DNA of 63,858 nt, filler included, from Reclinomonas americana ATCC 50394 (taxonomy: Eukaryota), in assembly GCA_048213135.1 (NCBI GenBank). It is 7 parts of 3 records of this genome, joined end to end, with 100 filler letters (N's around TTAATTAATTAA, not from the genome) between each part and the next. Parts side by side here need not be neighbours in the genome. Positions count along the whole stretch, not along the records: positions 1 to 18,951 come from PS015215.1; 6 more parts are not named here. One strand, written 5' to 3'. A program made the position numbers and the translations under genes. The notes beneath the pieces are model-generated. The model was not told the origin of the DNA. It did no database searches and saw nothing but the letters and a program-made list of their open reading frames with translations. The first letter of the stretch is position 1, and each line of letters begins with the position of its first letter. Positions 1-15,245 of the stretch are shown here, in pieces.

Positions 1-3000
1 CGACACGTACCGAGAAGAAAGACTGTGTTTGCGCGCTCAGCGACACAGTACATCCTGTCATGGACACGGTGCTGGCACCGGTGCTGCTTATCATCGGAAT
101 GGTGCTAATGAACAACGAAATCGTTTGTCCGTTGGCGTTTGTGACCGAATCAAAAGTGGAACTGGTGAAGGACAGGGTGGAAGCGTCGGCGGAGAACAGA
201 GCTGCATCCTCGGACGACAGCGTCTGAATGAAATCCATCACGAATTTCGAGTTGGTGACAGTGACCGTGGCTTGCGACAGAGCCTGTGCGGAGATATCAT
301 GAGCGGGGCGCGGATAATGCTAAAGAACGCTTTCAACAATCAACGCACCGAAACAAGATTACCGCGACCGTAATACGTCACGTTGTCGAACTTGACCTTG
401 CCAGTAACGCGACCAAAGTTGGCCTGCACAAGTGTGTGTGAGGATAATAACCACGGTCCCTTGTTGTGAATGGGTGGGTATGCGACTATAGCTGGCGCAC
501 CTGGAAAAGTGGCTCACGAAGAATCGTGCCAGGACACGAAATGATCGCATTTGACAACGAAAAAGTTCCTTGCACGAGGAAGATGGGGGACGTGGTGGTC
601 GAATGATCAATCTGCGTCGGGTCGGTGGACACGACACAGCTCAGTGTCATGGGGCGGGTGGCGTCGGCGGACTTGATGGTCACACCAGGGTCGCCGGAAA
701 CAAGTTGCTGTCAACGCAGACGAGCTCGATTCAGTAGGCAGTGAGCACGAGGCAGCAAGCGACACCAACGACGCACCTGTGTCAGCGGCAAATTGAGCGA
801 CAGACCAGCTTCCACGGTGATGCGACGGCAGCCGTTCTTGTTTCGCGCACTGGTGATGGCATCCTGAAGTGTGGAGAAGTCGGTACTTGCTAGCGGGGTG
901 GCTAGCACTTGGTAATCTATGCGCGATTTGCTCGTCAGTACACAGAGATGCACAGCATCAGCTACGCTCGTCAAGTGTCACTCCTCACCGCAGTCGCTGT
1001 GAAGACAAATGGTTTGCCATGTCAGCCACCATTGACTGGGAACAAAGGCAACGCTCCTCACACTTACCAATATTGCGGACATGAGACCCTCGCTGCCGGA
1101 AGTTGCGTCATGTCTGCCCACGTCACACCGTCCTTGCTGTACTCCAGGATATTGGGAGCGTCACCGTCGTCGGTGAACCCGTACAACTCGAACCTATTCT
1201 CACACACAATGAGCTACCAAGCACGGAAAAGACGTCGCCAGTCATGACGCACAAGTTGTCGACATCTTTGCCCACGGCGACGGTGCACGGGCCAAAATTG
1301 CGCACAGTAGGATCAGTGGCCATGTCGAACGTCACGCCGGCGGTGATCTTGCAAGAGGCGGCAGTGAGTGGGATAGGATTGGGGTTCGCAGCATCCTGGT
1401 TGATGGCAGCCTGTGTAAAAAAGAAACCCAAACGCAATCGTGAGACGGCAGGAACAGTCGCGAGAACAAGAATGTACGAGCGCGGACAGACCAGGGTGTT
1501 TGCCGAGTTCATCGTCAACCCACCGCGGATGAAAATGGTATCAACATCCGGCCGGAAGTACACGGCAATGTAGTGTGCGAGGTATTTGAGGGTCGTAATC
1601 GAGGATGTTTCGCACACGCGACGAGCGTACTGGCCACGCATATCCGGCAGTGATGACGCCGTGCACACCGTGCTGCTCAACTGCAAGCGAGATTTCGATC
1701 TGTCAATGCCAGGGTGCGAAGACTTCAGCGATCGATGGCGTGCATCACACCTGACCAAATACTTGAGCGGCGACCGAGAACGTGGTCGGCTTCGACGTGG
1801 TGATCGAGTACGAGGACACTTGCCAATACACATCTGCCGGCGATTGCGTGAGCGTCGGAAGGGGATGCCAACAACAGAGACAATGTGCGTGTACTCACTG
1901 GCGGTCGCCTTGTTAGGTGACGAGCCCGCATCCACATATGCATCAGACGTCGACACCTTGTTCTCAATCGACATCAGGCCGGGCGTTTGATAGTCAAAGT
2001 ACGTCAAGTAGAAGCTGAGGCATACAGAATCAGCAGAGGGAAGAGAGGCCACTGTCAAGACTTCTCATGCGATACGCACGTGTACATGGAACCAGGATCC
2101 AGTGTCGCCGACACGCTCAGTACCGAGTACGGCGAGTTCCAGTCGAGGCTCCAGTCGTACGCGGTGAGAATGTTGGTTTGTACTCCGTTGAACAAGTACT
2201 GCAAACAGAGAGCACAAGTCAGTTGGATCGCGAAGAATGCTTAAAGCATTCGAAAGTCACAAAACCGCTCACCGCTGCCGCGCGACTCCTGCACATGGTT
2301 GACAGAAACAAACACGCAGAGATTTTTTGTGGTGAGATGCGGATGGCGACGAATGAGAGGAGAAGTCCATCACACACACCATTCCGCGCCAATGCGAATC
2401 TGGTACGTCGTAGTTGCCGTATTTTGTCGCGTGTCAAAGTCAATGCCGACGCGATACACGGCGTTGTCGCTGCTGGTGCAGCCAAAAGTGCGCACATTGA
2501 ACATTCGGAAGCTGTCCACATTTTGCTTGGAGCAGTACACTGAAGTGGCCTGCACACGAAATCGATTGTTTAGAAGCAGGGCCACCACAACAAACTGATC
2601 AACGCATCGCACATGCTCACCGTCTCGAAGAGATTCTCAATGTCGGTCCACGACGTCGATGCAGTGATTGGCGATCCCGTCGTCGCAGAGAATGGTCGGG
2701 TACCGGCATCAAATGTTGTACCTGTTACGCAAAGACAACACTTCAATTGAGCGCACGCGGACTGTCGGGATTCTTGCACTATAACACGCACCGTAGACCA
2801 CATTGAAGGTCACCGGAGTGGCGTTGCCGAGCAAGTCCACCAGCGACACCGTCTGATCGGTCAGCGACGAATCACCGGACATGGCATACTGCGCGCAGAG
2901 TGCAAACGTGCCGGGTGTTTGACCTGCAATTCCGTCAACAATTAGCATGACACACGACTGTTAAAACACACAGATCGACAATCGAACCTGCCACGGTCAC

Positions 3001-6000
3001 AGCAAGGACGAGCTGCGTGGAGCTGACAAACCACGCGCTTACAGATGCCGTAGACAGNNNNNNNNNNNNNNNNNNNNNNNNNNNNNNNNNNNNNNNNNNN
3101 NNNNNNNNNNNNNNNNNNNNNNNNNNNNNNNNNNNNNNNNNTGTCTTGCCCGCACAATTCGTGTCTGCGCTTATGTACATGGCGGTGGTAAGCGCACTGC
3201 TGAGACCCTCGCCAGTGATGGTGACCAGTTGGCGCGGTCGGTTGTACAAGGAAGTCGAGGGTGCGATGCTTGTGAACCGGGCTGCACGGTCACATACAGA
3301 ATGCACATTTAGGAGAGAGAAACCACAAGCGCGCGATGCCACGCCACCACGCGCGCACCATACGACAGCAGATTGCCGTCCGAAACCCGACTGCCAAACA
3401 CGTCCATGCACAAACGGTACTGCGCAGTGCCGTCGATCGGGCGTGTGACTGGCATCGTGGCAGATACTTGGGTGGTCGACACAATGTTGTACACGATGTC
3501 GACGGTGGTTCCAGCTGGTGCCGTACATGTGTCCGTCGAACTGACCACGAACATGCTCTGCGCCCATGGCCGTCAACAATAGACACTCAGCCAGATGGTC
3601 CTACAATCTTACCGTGACTGATGCTCTGGTGATGGAGCAAAAGTTGACCGACAGCGTTGTCGACTTTGTGTCGTCGGCCGTAATGTTGTCGTACAGAGCT
3701 GTGGCAGACACGCTCACAGGCGATGCGTCTGCACGGTATCGTGAGTCAGAAAAAATGGGGAAAAACAGCAGCGAGTGAGCTACTGCACAGAACGCACTTG
3801 TAGGCAACACAACCATAAGATTCGACTGTCGTGAGGCGGAGACAGAGAGAACGGAAATGAGAACCGCGAAACAGAACAGGAAGAAAGCACATGGGATGCA
3901 TACAACGCACCGCGACGGTGGACACCGCATAGAACGAATTGGACAGAAGCGACCGCGAGGACAAGCCCACAAGTTGCGTGTTGATGGAGAGCACGGTACC
4001 AGTGCTGCCATCGGGCTGCAGCTGCCGCAGCAGCGTGTTCTGCGAGCACACATCGTAAGCGACACCGCATGTTCGCGCGCGATCGTCTACGAGGCCACAC
4101 AAACGAACCACCGACGATGCCGTGTCGATGAAGAGGACATCCACGCCATTTCCGGCAATCATGTTGCCGATGGTAGTGGAGGTCAGAGTAGCCAACAGGA
4201 ATTGGTAGGCTGTGCATAACATCAAGGCAACTGTGATAACATGGAGCACTCTCATCGACGAAAATCAAAAGCAACGCAACAGTCATTGAGGTCAACCAGA
4301 GCGACTTGCCCAGTGCTCTGCAACGACGCGAACGATCAGCAGACCGTAAGGACAGAAAGAGAAACAGAGAGAAAGAGTGGAAGGTGCACACCCCGCCGCC
4401 AATGAGCAGTCGCTTGGAGGGCGTGTTGCCGTCGTCGACGAGTGTCATTCCGCTCATGCTACACACATTTACACACACGCGCGACACCAAATTCAGTGAG
4501 GATATGATCATCATGTTTACAGAGACGCAAGCACAAGATGCACCTTGTCGGCACTCCACTTGTGAGAAGCGGCCCTTCAACATATGCCGCCATGGCCGCC
4601 GTTCCCACTACCGTCGTCGCAGTGCCTGTAGCGACCCATCGAATGAGTGCAACTGCATGTGTGAAGGAGGAAGGCACGAGAGAACAACACGCACATGGCA
4701 GATACACGTCGCAGGTGCTGGTCAGCGCCAGGGTGCTAACGGTGCGCAGCGACTCGTCTGCACATCATTGTGAGGTAAAGCACTTCGAGTCTCTTTCTTG
4801 CATCCTCTGTGCACAACAACACTTGCCTGCGACATACAACTTGGAGTTGACCGAGTCGAAATACAGGGCAGTTGGCCTGACGAATGCTGCCGAGATGGTG
4901 CTCACAAGACCTGCGGTGCATTCCAGTTGGTGTGCGGTAGCAATGCAGGTGAATGAACAGGGAGCGCTGCACGCAACGTCCTTGCAACGACACACGACGG
5001 ATGGAGCCACTGCCAACGTCCGCCACGTACAGGATCATGTTCGTACTATCGGCCTGCACGACAGAAGAAGAGAGAAAGAAAAGAGAGTCAGACACGGAGC
5101 GACTCGCTTGCCATCAAGCAAGAAGAATGCCTTCACCTGCATGGCGGTCGGTTGTGAAAACTGCGCCGACTCAAACGGCGCGTCTCGTGTTCCTGCCGTG
5201 CCGTAGGTGCCAGCGACGCTGGTCATTGTGCCTTGTGGATCGATGCGCCACATGACATGCGACTGTCCGCAGTGGACACATGTCAACTCACTACTTATCA
5301 AGTGGCACAGGGAACCAAGACAACTCACCGTCGAATCCGTGACAAACACGTCGCCGCCGACGCTGGCGACTTCGGCAACCGCAGATGCGCGCGATGCAAG
5401 ACCGGGCGCGTTCACGGGTACGCTGCATGCGGTCGGCGACACTGCGCGCGCAAGAGAGGAACATCAGCGGGCCGACACATGCTGATGGTTCTTTTTACAC
5501 AAATCAAACTCACCGACAGTGACCGTGCCGAGCAGCAAGTACGACCAGCCCGAATTCCACGACACACACAAGTACCACGTGCCGGCGGTGGCAGTCGACG
5601 CGTCTACTTTAATGAACTTGCGGGAGTCGCCAGACGGCGAGCTCATCATGGCACTTGGCAGAGTTCCAGTCGTCGATGACGCGCCGTTGCAGTTGCTACT
5701 TGTCATGATGATCGCAGTCGCCAAGCTCGATAGGTCCGGAAGCGCTGTGCCCTTGAGTACAAGCACCTGATCCACGGCCGCAAATATGGTCGATGGCGTG
5801 GGAGTGCCCGTCACCGACGCTGAGAAAAACGAAACGAGTGAATCGACAGGAGCTGTGTCATGCATTTGCACATGTACGAACCAACGCGCAAGACACCGGC
5901 TGCAGAAGCCTGACCACCCTTGGTGGCGCACACGTGATACACGCCAGCCACTACTGTTACTCCCACGGAGATATTCACAGTGCAGAGAGACGTGCTACTG

Positions 6001-9000
6001 CAGCTGCTTGACGGAACGCTTGTGTCGTTGACCTGCGTCGTGCAGTCGGCAGTGGTGGCCAGCATCCACGTCGAATTGTCAATGTTGCAACCCTTGACAG
6101 TGACGGCAACCTGCGACGACAGCCCAGCCACAACAACGGGATTCGACACGAAAATCGGAGCCACTGCGCGATTGAAACAAATGAGACTTTTACACATCGC
6201 CGTGTGACTATCCAATCACACAAGACGCACCGCGATAGCCGAGGAAGGTGATGCTTGTCTGCATTCACATCGAAGTACATCAGTGAGCCGTGTCACAAAC
6301 GGGAAGGTAAAACGAGAGAGCGACTCACCGCCTGCGAGAAGAGAGCATTGTAGCTTTTCAACGATACACCGGTAAGGTTGTTCTGCGAGTACCGCAGCGT
6401 TGCCACTGCAAGAGGTCAGCGAGGACAAGGAAGCTCACGCACAGGAAAAGGTGCTACACACCACCGCCACTGGTAAACTCATACAATCCCTGAGTAGAAA
6501 ACAGGGCAAGACCGACAGAGGAGGACCCGACAGGAGTCAAGGCTGCCGCTGAGGTGGACGCGATCACGACCGGTACTGCATTTTGGGCAAGCAGAATGGT
6601 TGGCGCTCACACCTCTCAGAGTCAACAACACCGCGTAAATCACACAAACCAGCGACCGCGGGTCCAGTGATGATGGTTTGCGTGGACGTGGACACGTACA
6701 GGGTAGTGGGGCCACCCAGGTCCACAGCGATAGCCTTCGGTGATGTGATGCCAGTGAGGTATGTGGTGACAGCGCCGGTGCCTGCAACATAGACAGGATA
6801 AATGACGACTCAGTCAGCCAAGCAACTGGTCACTCGACAGAAGCGAAGGGCGAACCAGTGAGGGCGACTTGGCGAATCGAATTGTTGTTCGTATCCGCTA
6901 CGTACAGCGATGTGCCAGACACATCGAGACCGGAGGGGGAGTTGAACTGTGCACATACATTCACCTTGCTGAGCGAGCGACTGGATTAGACACTTGACGA
7001 GGATTTCACTCACCGTGGCACTCGTTCTCACAGCACTGTTAGTCGAACCAGCGACACCCGCCGTTCCGGCATAAGTTGTCACGAAGCCTGCATGAAGGGA
7101 GACAACAATTAGATTCATCATCCGCCGCCCACCAATGCGCGAACCGGGCAGCAGTCAGGCATACATACCATCAGCCGAAATCCGTCGAATCACATGAAAG
7201 CTCTGCATCACGACGTCGTGCAGTCAGTACACGATTCTCATAACAAAGAGAGACGAGCGTGCACGCGTACCGGCTCAGCCACAAACACGTTCTCTGAATA
7301 ATACGCAATGCCGCCAGTGGTGGCAGTCCAGCCGACTGAGGAGGTCACACCGGAGAGCGACGATGCACTTGTAGCGCGGGCTCCATTACCAGCAAGAGAT
7401 GTTACGTTGCCGGCGGGATCCACGCGACGAACGTACGACGCCTGCGCACATTCAACCGTGAGAAACAACGATGCGAGCACAATCATCACTGTCACTGCAC
7501 TGACCGATTGATCAACCACGAATATGCTCGACACACTCGGAGTATACAACACGGCAGAGATGCCCGAAAACGAGTTACCGGTAAAGGTTGGAGCACACAC
7601 AGCCGTATCTGCGCGAGTTGCAACACGCATTCACATTTGCGATGTCGACCCGACACACACNNNNNNNNNNNNNNNNNNNNACCAGCAACAATGGTGACGG
7701 TCACCGTGAGAACGAGAGCAGCATAAGTGCCGTGAGTAGCCTTGATACTCAGGGAGGTCGTGCCGGATGGGAGCGCACTGCCAACGACTACAGTCGAGCC
7801 AGTGACCTTGTATCCAGTCTGGAAACAGCGCGAAAGCAAGTGAGCACGTGTTGCTTTACAGTAGCACGGCATGCGCACACGAGCACACCGTCACAGTGAT
7901 GAGCGAGTAAGAATACACGTTGGCACCCGCAGCGGTGTTGCTGGGCGGTAATAGTGTCGATAGTGATCCGACCAGTGTGTCCTCACTGGAGCCCAGAGAC
8001 ACCACGTTGGGTGACAGGCTCACGGTAGTGGGTCCGAAGAACACTGGGTGGCAGATGAGCGGACATCAGAATTTCTGCGCGCGATCGTTTCAATTGCTTA
8101 CCATTGATGGTAAATGACACTGGTGTGGCGATCGATGAAGTACCGTCGCTCACAGAGACCGACACAACAAACTTCAAGTTGGTGGTGGAGGCGAGAGAGA
8201 GCGGAATCGTCGTCGTCGGTTTCCACTCCAGGTAGGCGTACGAGCACGGACTGGCCAACGATGTGAGCTGCAGGTAGGTCGTGTCGCCCGACGTGAACGT
8301 AAACGTGTGACAGTCCTTTGGATTTTCTGTCGGAGAACAAAAGGAATAAGATAGGGCGATTCGGTGCGACGGGAGACACGCGCGTCGCAACTGTCGATGG
8401 CGCGAAGCGTGCCAATCGGTCGCGACGCAGTGTACGGCGTGCTGACGGTGGTCCCGTCAGTAGCCGATGTCGCCGAGGCGACAAACAGGTTGAGGGTCTC
8501 CGCCGCGCACGCAGTCCCGGAACAACAGGTTCCAACGGCGCCGGAACACGCCAAGATGTCCGTGGGAGCATAGTTTGCTGCACATAAACGATGGTGTCAA
8601 CGCACAAGCACAGGGCGACAGCAGAACCAATGCGTACTGCGGGACGAAACTCTCATTGACGGTGCACGATGTGCTGAAATTCAGCGTTGCTGAACCAGAA
8701 TCGGTAGCGGTGACGCTGAGTACGTATGACCCTGACAAGGCCAGACTGCCTTTCTTGAACGAGAGGCCAGTGACACGGAATGCGTCGACAAGTGGCGTCA
8801 GAGTCACATCGCCAACCGCCGTGACAGAGTTGAGTGTCAGCGTGTTGCTCGCGCCACTGCCATCCGGATCTGCGCAGCAATACACAAAAATCCACATGAA
8901 CAATGCAACGCGTGGGCACCATCACCATTCAAACTCGCCCAACCGTACCGGTAATGGAAAACGAGCCAAGTACAGTGTCAGCAGTCGCCGACGGGTCATA

Positions 9001-12000
9001 CGATGTCGGACACGTAATGGCTGATGGCGCGCGATTCACCGCCACAGTGAGTGCTTGCGAGAACGTCAAGTTGCCGGTGCCACTATCTGTGGTCTGTAGC
9101 CGAATCCGAATCGAGGTGCTGGAGAACGAGTTTGCCAGAATTGTGGTTGCATTGTCGACCACCAGCGAGCTGTTGCTGATAGAGAACAAGCCGTTATCGT
9201 TGTCGCCGGTTCCCGACACCTTGGCGTACTGGAATGTCTGTGCCGGCAGATTGGGATCGGTGGAGGACAGCGTGCCAATGGTAGTACCAGCCGGCACACC
9301 AGCAGTCGGGATCAGAAGCACGTTACTGGCGGCGTAGGCGCCACTGAGCGTCACGCTGATGGCAGTCGGAGCACGATTCTCTGTGAGCGGGAACACGTGG
9401 TCAGCTGCAGTCGCTAGCCGAAGCAATAGATGCTCACGCAACGCTCCGTGAGTGTCAGCGACACTGTTCGCGCCAACGTTGAAAATTGAGTATCGGTCGC
9501 CGTGAGGCTGACGACAATGGTGTTTTTCAGTTGCGCAGACGTGGCCGCCAGCAGCAGCTGGTTGCTGCTGTTGACAGTGAAGAGCGACTTCAGGTCAAAG
9601 TTGTCGATCTGTCGCACCACCGAGCTAATCGACAGCGTATTCTGCCTGTACGCGGCGGCAGAATCACCATCTGCAGACCGAGATCAGCTAAGGCAGAGAG
9701 GCACACACAGAAAAAACATGGTGACGTACCAACAATGGCAAAGGTGCCTATGACTGCGCCCACAGTAGCCGTCGTGTCGTAGGTCGACGGTCCCGTGATA
9801 TCGGTGGCTGGATTGTTGAGTGGAAACGTAATGGTCGTGGTGGTGAACAGATTCGTCGGAGTGCCATCGTCGGTGGCGCGAACGCGGATGGTCAGCGACG
9901 TAACACCACTCGAGTATGCGATGCCACCGACAGCGGGAAACAGCGTGGTGCCGACAATGCGGAACTTGGCATTGTCCAACGCACCACCCACACTGTCGAG
10001 GGTAAAGGTCAGCGTCTGACCGACGTTGGCGTCCGATGCCGACAGCGTGCCGATACTGACTGCATCCGACCGCCCAGTACCCGTGATGGGCACCACGAGC
10101 GCACCCGAAGTCGCATAATCGGTGCCAGCTGTCGCTTGCAACACAATCGAGGTCGGCGCCACATTGGCTGCACATGACAGAATAGAGCGTGAATTCGAGT
10201 GAGCGAAATGTGGCGGCGACGAAAAAAAGCCAGAAGCTCTTGACTCAACTCTCCTTCAGCACAAACGTCTCCTCGTAGAACAGCGTACTGAGCTGTGAGT
10301 CTTCCGCGCGCACACGGACGGAGACCGTGCCGGTTGGAATCGCGGAGCCCAGCTTCAGCGTCAGTCCAGACAAGGTGAATGCATTGGTCAGTGCCACGCC
10401 ATTTTGTGTCACCGACACCAACGAGAGCGTGTTGGTCTTGTACGGTGCCGCATCGGCATCTGTTACAGTAACGAGGCAGAAGGGGGCGTCAATACAAGAA
10501 GCAGCGAACTGGAGCACAACAGTACCACGCAAACACACCAACAATCGCAAAGTCGGTGGTGACCGAGTCATTTTCCATGCCGTTTTGGTTGTAATTGGTG
10601 GGTCCGGTGATGTCGGTGGGGGCATTGTTCAGCGTCAACGTGTACGACAGATCTTGCGAAAGGCCGCCAGAGTCTGTCACGCGGAACTTGAGCGACAGTG
10701 TGCCGTATGTCGGAGCCGCAACACCAGATGCCGACACGCGGATCTTGTTGGTGGAGTACACCTCGAATAAGCTGTTACTCGTGCTGTTGTCCGTCGGCAG
10801 CGAGTATGTCAGCGTCTGCGCCGGCAGATTGGCGTCGTTGGCGCTTAGCGTGCCAATGTCGGTACCCGCGACGAGACCACTGGTCGGGATCGGCAAAACA
10901 GTTGTCGTTCCGGTATAGGGACTTGAGAGCGTAAAGGCGAGGCTTGTCGGCGCCACATTGACTGCAAGAATGTGATGATGATGATGATGAGGGGCGTGAG
11001 AAATGATGAGAATCGGATGAACGCAATTTGTTGACGAAACTTTCCGAGAGCGTGAACAACTTCGTGACAAACAGAGTCGACACTACCGAGTCGGTGGCCT
11101 TCACGCTGACGGTGACGTTGCCGGAGGGTGTGCTCGTCCCGAGTGTCAGCACGAAGGTGGAAGAATTCAGCGACAACACGTTGTTGCTGAGTGCGCTGCC
11201 GAGACTGTCGGTTACCGAGACGATGCTCATCGTGTTGCTGTTGTATGTCGTGTCGGCATCTGGTGATGATGAAGTGGCAAAGTGAGACGGCCTGTTGACA
11301 GAGCGTGTGTGCACAAAAGAAACAAAAAAAGCACGCACCGGTCACGGTGAATGTTCCAATGGCGGTGCTTGTGCCGGTTCGATCGTACGTGCTGTTCGAG
11401 AGTGTAATGTCGGTTGGAGCGTTATCAAACGCAATGGTGATGACCGAGTCGGTGGATGCTGGAGTGGAGCCAGAGTCGGTGGCGCGCACCAGGATGCTCA
11501 ACGACGCTGATTGACGCAGTGGCAGCGCCGTGGCCAGCACGAGACTTGTGCCGGTGATTGTGAACTTGGAGTTGTCTGTGGATCCTACGCCACTCTGAAG
11601 GCTGAATGATACCGTCTGGCCCGTGTTGACGTCTGTCGAGGAGAGTGTGCCGACGGTGATGCTGGCTGCCAGTCCGCTTGCAGGCACTGCCAGCACCAGA
11701 GGATTCGAGGTGGAGTATGCGTACGTTGCTGAGAGGGTGAGGGCCGGTGCCGTTGGCGGCGTGTTGACTGCACACACCGCTCTGTCAGACCTCGGAGAGG
11801 AGATGATGGAAGAGCAGAGGTCGCACGCAACATTCAGACACCGTGATACTTTCCTCGTACCAAATGCCCGGGAACGTTGCATCAGAGGCACGGATGGTGA
11901 GCACATATGTGCCCGAGGGCGATGACGTGCCGATGATGAGAGTTGACCCGTCTGATCCGGAAACATCAAAGAAGCCCGACTGCAGCACCGAGTTCTGACT

Positions 12001-15000
12001 CACGCCAGACAGCGTGTACGAGTTCGTCGCGTACGTAGCAGAGTCCGTGTCTAGTGACGGCAAAAACACATCGTAAGTCTCCGACTACTTGTGCTCGTGT
12101 CAGTGACACACACACACACACACCTGTGCTCGATATTGTGGCTACTGTGCTCCCGGTTGTCGGCGGCACAACGTACGCCGTCGTGGACAGGTTGATCTTG
12201 GTGGCCGGGCGGTTGAGAGTGATCTGTTTAAGGAATGCCGTGCTGGTCATCGCCGGTGAACTGTGTGTTCGTGTCTCGCGAGTGAGCGCGCTGTCCAAAC
12301 CATCCGCACACGCACGCACACACAAACACAAATACCCATTATCGGTGACCAAGATGCAAATATTGAGTGTGGACGTCGACGACACAGTACTCGGCGTGAT
12401 GGTGGATGCTGTCGACACGAGTCCGGTGGAAGAATTGATGGAGAACAAGTTGTTGTTGGAGGTACCACTGCAGCCGGAGCCGAGTGAAAAAGTCTTCGTC
12501 TGCCCACTGTTCACATCGGTTGCCGCCGCTGTGCACACGCTGGTGGAGGCGGCGACACCAGTCTTGAAAATGTTGAACGCTCCCGTGAAAGTCTCCGTGC
12601 AACCAGTAACCGTGGGAGCCTCGTTCTCCTCGGTGATGTTCAGGGCAAAGTCGGCCGTCAGCGATGTGAAATTCGTGTCCGTGGTGCGCAAGTTGATCGT
12701 GTAGGTGCCAGAACGCGTTCCCGTGCCAATGTACAGTTTTGAGCCGGAGATGGTGAACAGCGTGCTGCTGGCGGCACTACCGTCCAACTTGGTAATGAAA
12801 CTGACAGTGACGGCATTGGTGTTGTACGTTGCTCCCGTGTCATTGTCTGGCAATGCCGAGAAACGTCAGTAACGACGCACAGCTCACCGACGCATGGCAT
12901 CGCACTCACCGGTGACAGTAATATCGCCGACTTCGGTTCCCTGGGTGGCCGACACCTTGTAGGTCGTCGGAATGACGACAGCTGTTGGCGGATTGTTGAT
13001 TGGCAAACTGTATGTGTACGTGGTCGACAGCGAGCCATCCGAAGCGCTGACCACAATGTACAGCGGACTCTGAAGGTAGCCCGTCAGCGGCGTATTGTTC
13101 GCCGGGTACAAGCTGCCGGCTTGGTCCATGCCGAANNNNNNNNNNNNNNNNNNNNTTTGCTGTTGCTGTCCGTGACGCCACTGGCGGTGGTGAACGAGAA
13201 GGTGATGGTCTGACCAGTGTTGTACTCGGACGCCGAAAAGGTGCCGATCAGTGACGTCTGCCCGATAAGCGCGTAGGCACCCTTGGTGACCAGGCTGGTG
13301 TCGGAGGCGGTGAAGGCGACATTGTACGGCGCGTAGTTCACTGAGTGCGAGCAACGAAAACAAGCAAGTGAGCAGGCGAATGGTGACCATCAATCAGTGC
13401 GCGACGCACACTCGGTCAGAGTAAATGCCTTGGAGAACGTCAGCGTGTTGAATGTCGAACTGGTGGCCTTGAGCGTCACCGACACAGTTCCGCTAATCAC
13501 CGTGGTGCCGAGTGAGAGCGTGAGACCCGACACGGAAAACGCGTTGGTCAGTGCCTGATTGTTGGAGTCGGTGACCGAGTCCACCGTGATGGTGTTCCCG
13601 TTGAGCGGCGAGGGGTCGCCGTCTGCGCAGAGTGAGCGAGTAATCGACGGGAATATGCAAGCAAGAGAGGCGACTGGGACGCACCCGTCACTGTGATGGT
13701 AGCCACCGTGAGTGTCAGTCGGCGAATATCGTACGTTGAAGCCGACAGGGTCAAATTCGTGGCAGCATTGTCGAGTGCAATCGATACAGATGTCGTGGAC
13801 GTGGTGGATCCTCCACTGTGACGGCGGTGAGCTTCTTCTACACATCGAAAAGTAGACGACGTAAATAGCGCTGCTGGGTGTAACCAACGCAACTTTCCGT
13901 CGCTGACAGAAAACTTAAAGGTCAGCGGTCCGACTTTTGGCGGGAGCAATGTTGCCTTCAGCGTGACGTTGCCGGTGGACGAGTCGACGTTGAACAAGGA
14001 GCTGCTGTCGGAACCACTGCTGACAATGCTGTAGGAGAGTGTTTGTGCCGGTGTGTTGGGATCGGTGGCCGACAACTGCACCAGCACGGTGCTGGTGGGA
14101 ATTCCCGTTGCCGTCAACGGGATGGCGTTGTTGGCGCCGGCCAGATTCGTCTCCACGTTCGTGTACGTCAGGCCGGTCGGGGCCTCGTTGACTGTGCGTC
14201 AACAACCCGTAAGTCCTTCTCAACCGGGATGCACACGTTCATCACCCACGCGCAGCGTGCGCGCACGCAACTCTCGGTCAGCGTGAACGTCTGATCAAAG
14301 TACAACGAAGAGTAGCTGGAGTCGGCGGCGCGAATCGTCACCGACACGTTGCCGCTGATGCTGGCGGCCGAGCCGCGCACCAAAGAGTAGGTGCTACCGA
14401 CCTTGGAGACGGTGAATGCGTTGGTCACGGACTGCGAGTTTACCGTCGGTACGTTGATTTTGAGGGAGGCGGACGAGTCGGGATCTGCGGCGGTGGGGTG
14501 GAGTGAGGGGAAGAGAGGGACGAAGAGAAGAGAAAAGGGAGGGGGAGAAGGGAGGGCGAGAGAGAAAACACGCACACACATATACACACAAGCGCCGCAC
14601 CAGTGATAGTAATGGTGGCCACAGATGCACCCGAAGCCGATGTGCGGCTGTAGGTGGTGGTGGAGAGCGTGATTGCCGAGGGTGGATTATTCAGCAAGAT
14701 CGTTGTCGTGAGAGTAGAGCTCGTCAGCGCCGGCGTGCTGCGAAAGTGTGAGAGGTAAGCCGTGCGATACATGCACACGTGCCGGCAACACTCGACGAGA
14801 GACGCAACCCGCTGTCTTGCGCGTAGGTCTTGACAACGAGGCTGCCCACGACAGGCCCCAGCAGCGTGTCGGAGGGGTACAGTCCGGTGCCGCTGATGGC
14901 GAAGAGGAAATTGTTGCCTTGCCCATCGGCCAGCACGTACGTAATCGTCTGCGTCGTATTCGCGTCGGTGGCCGAGTAGGTGCCAAGGAGAGTCGAGCTG

Positions 15001-15171
15001 GGGACGCCGCCGGTCACCAACGGCAGGAAGCCGTAATCCTTCAGTGGCTGGTACACGGCCGTGAATGTCAGGCCAGTGGGCGCAACATTGGCTGGGGAGC
15101 ACAACAGAGTGAGAAAAGCAAGATGATGACATGCATGCATTTCTCCATCTCATTCATCTCTCTCTCTCTCT

Positions 15172-15245
<74 letters not shown>

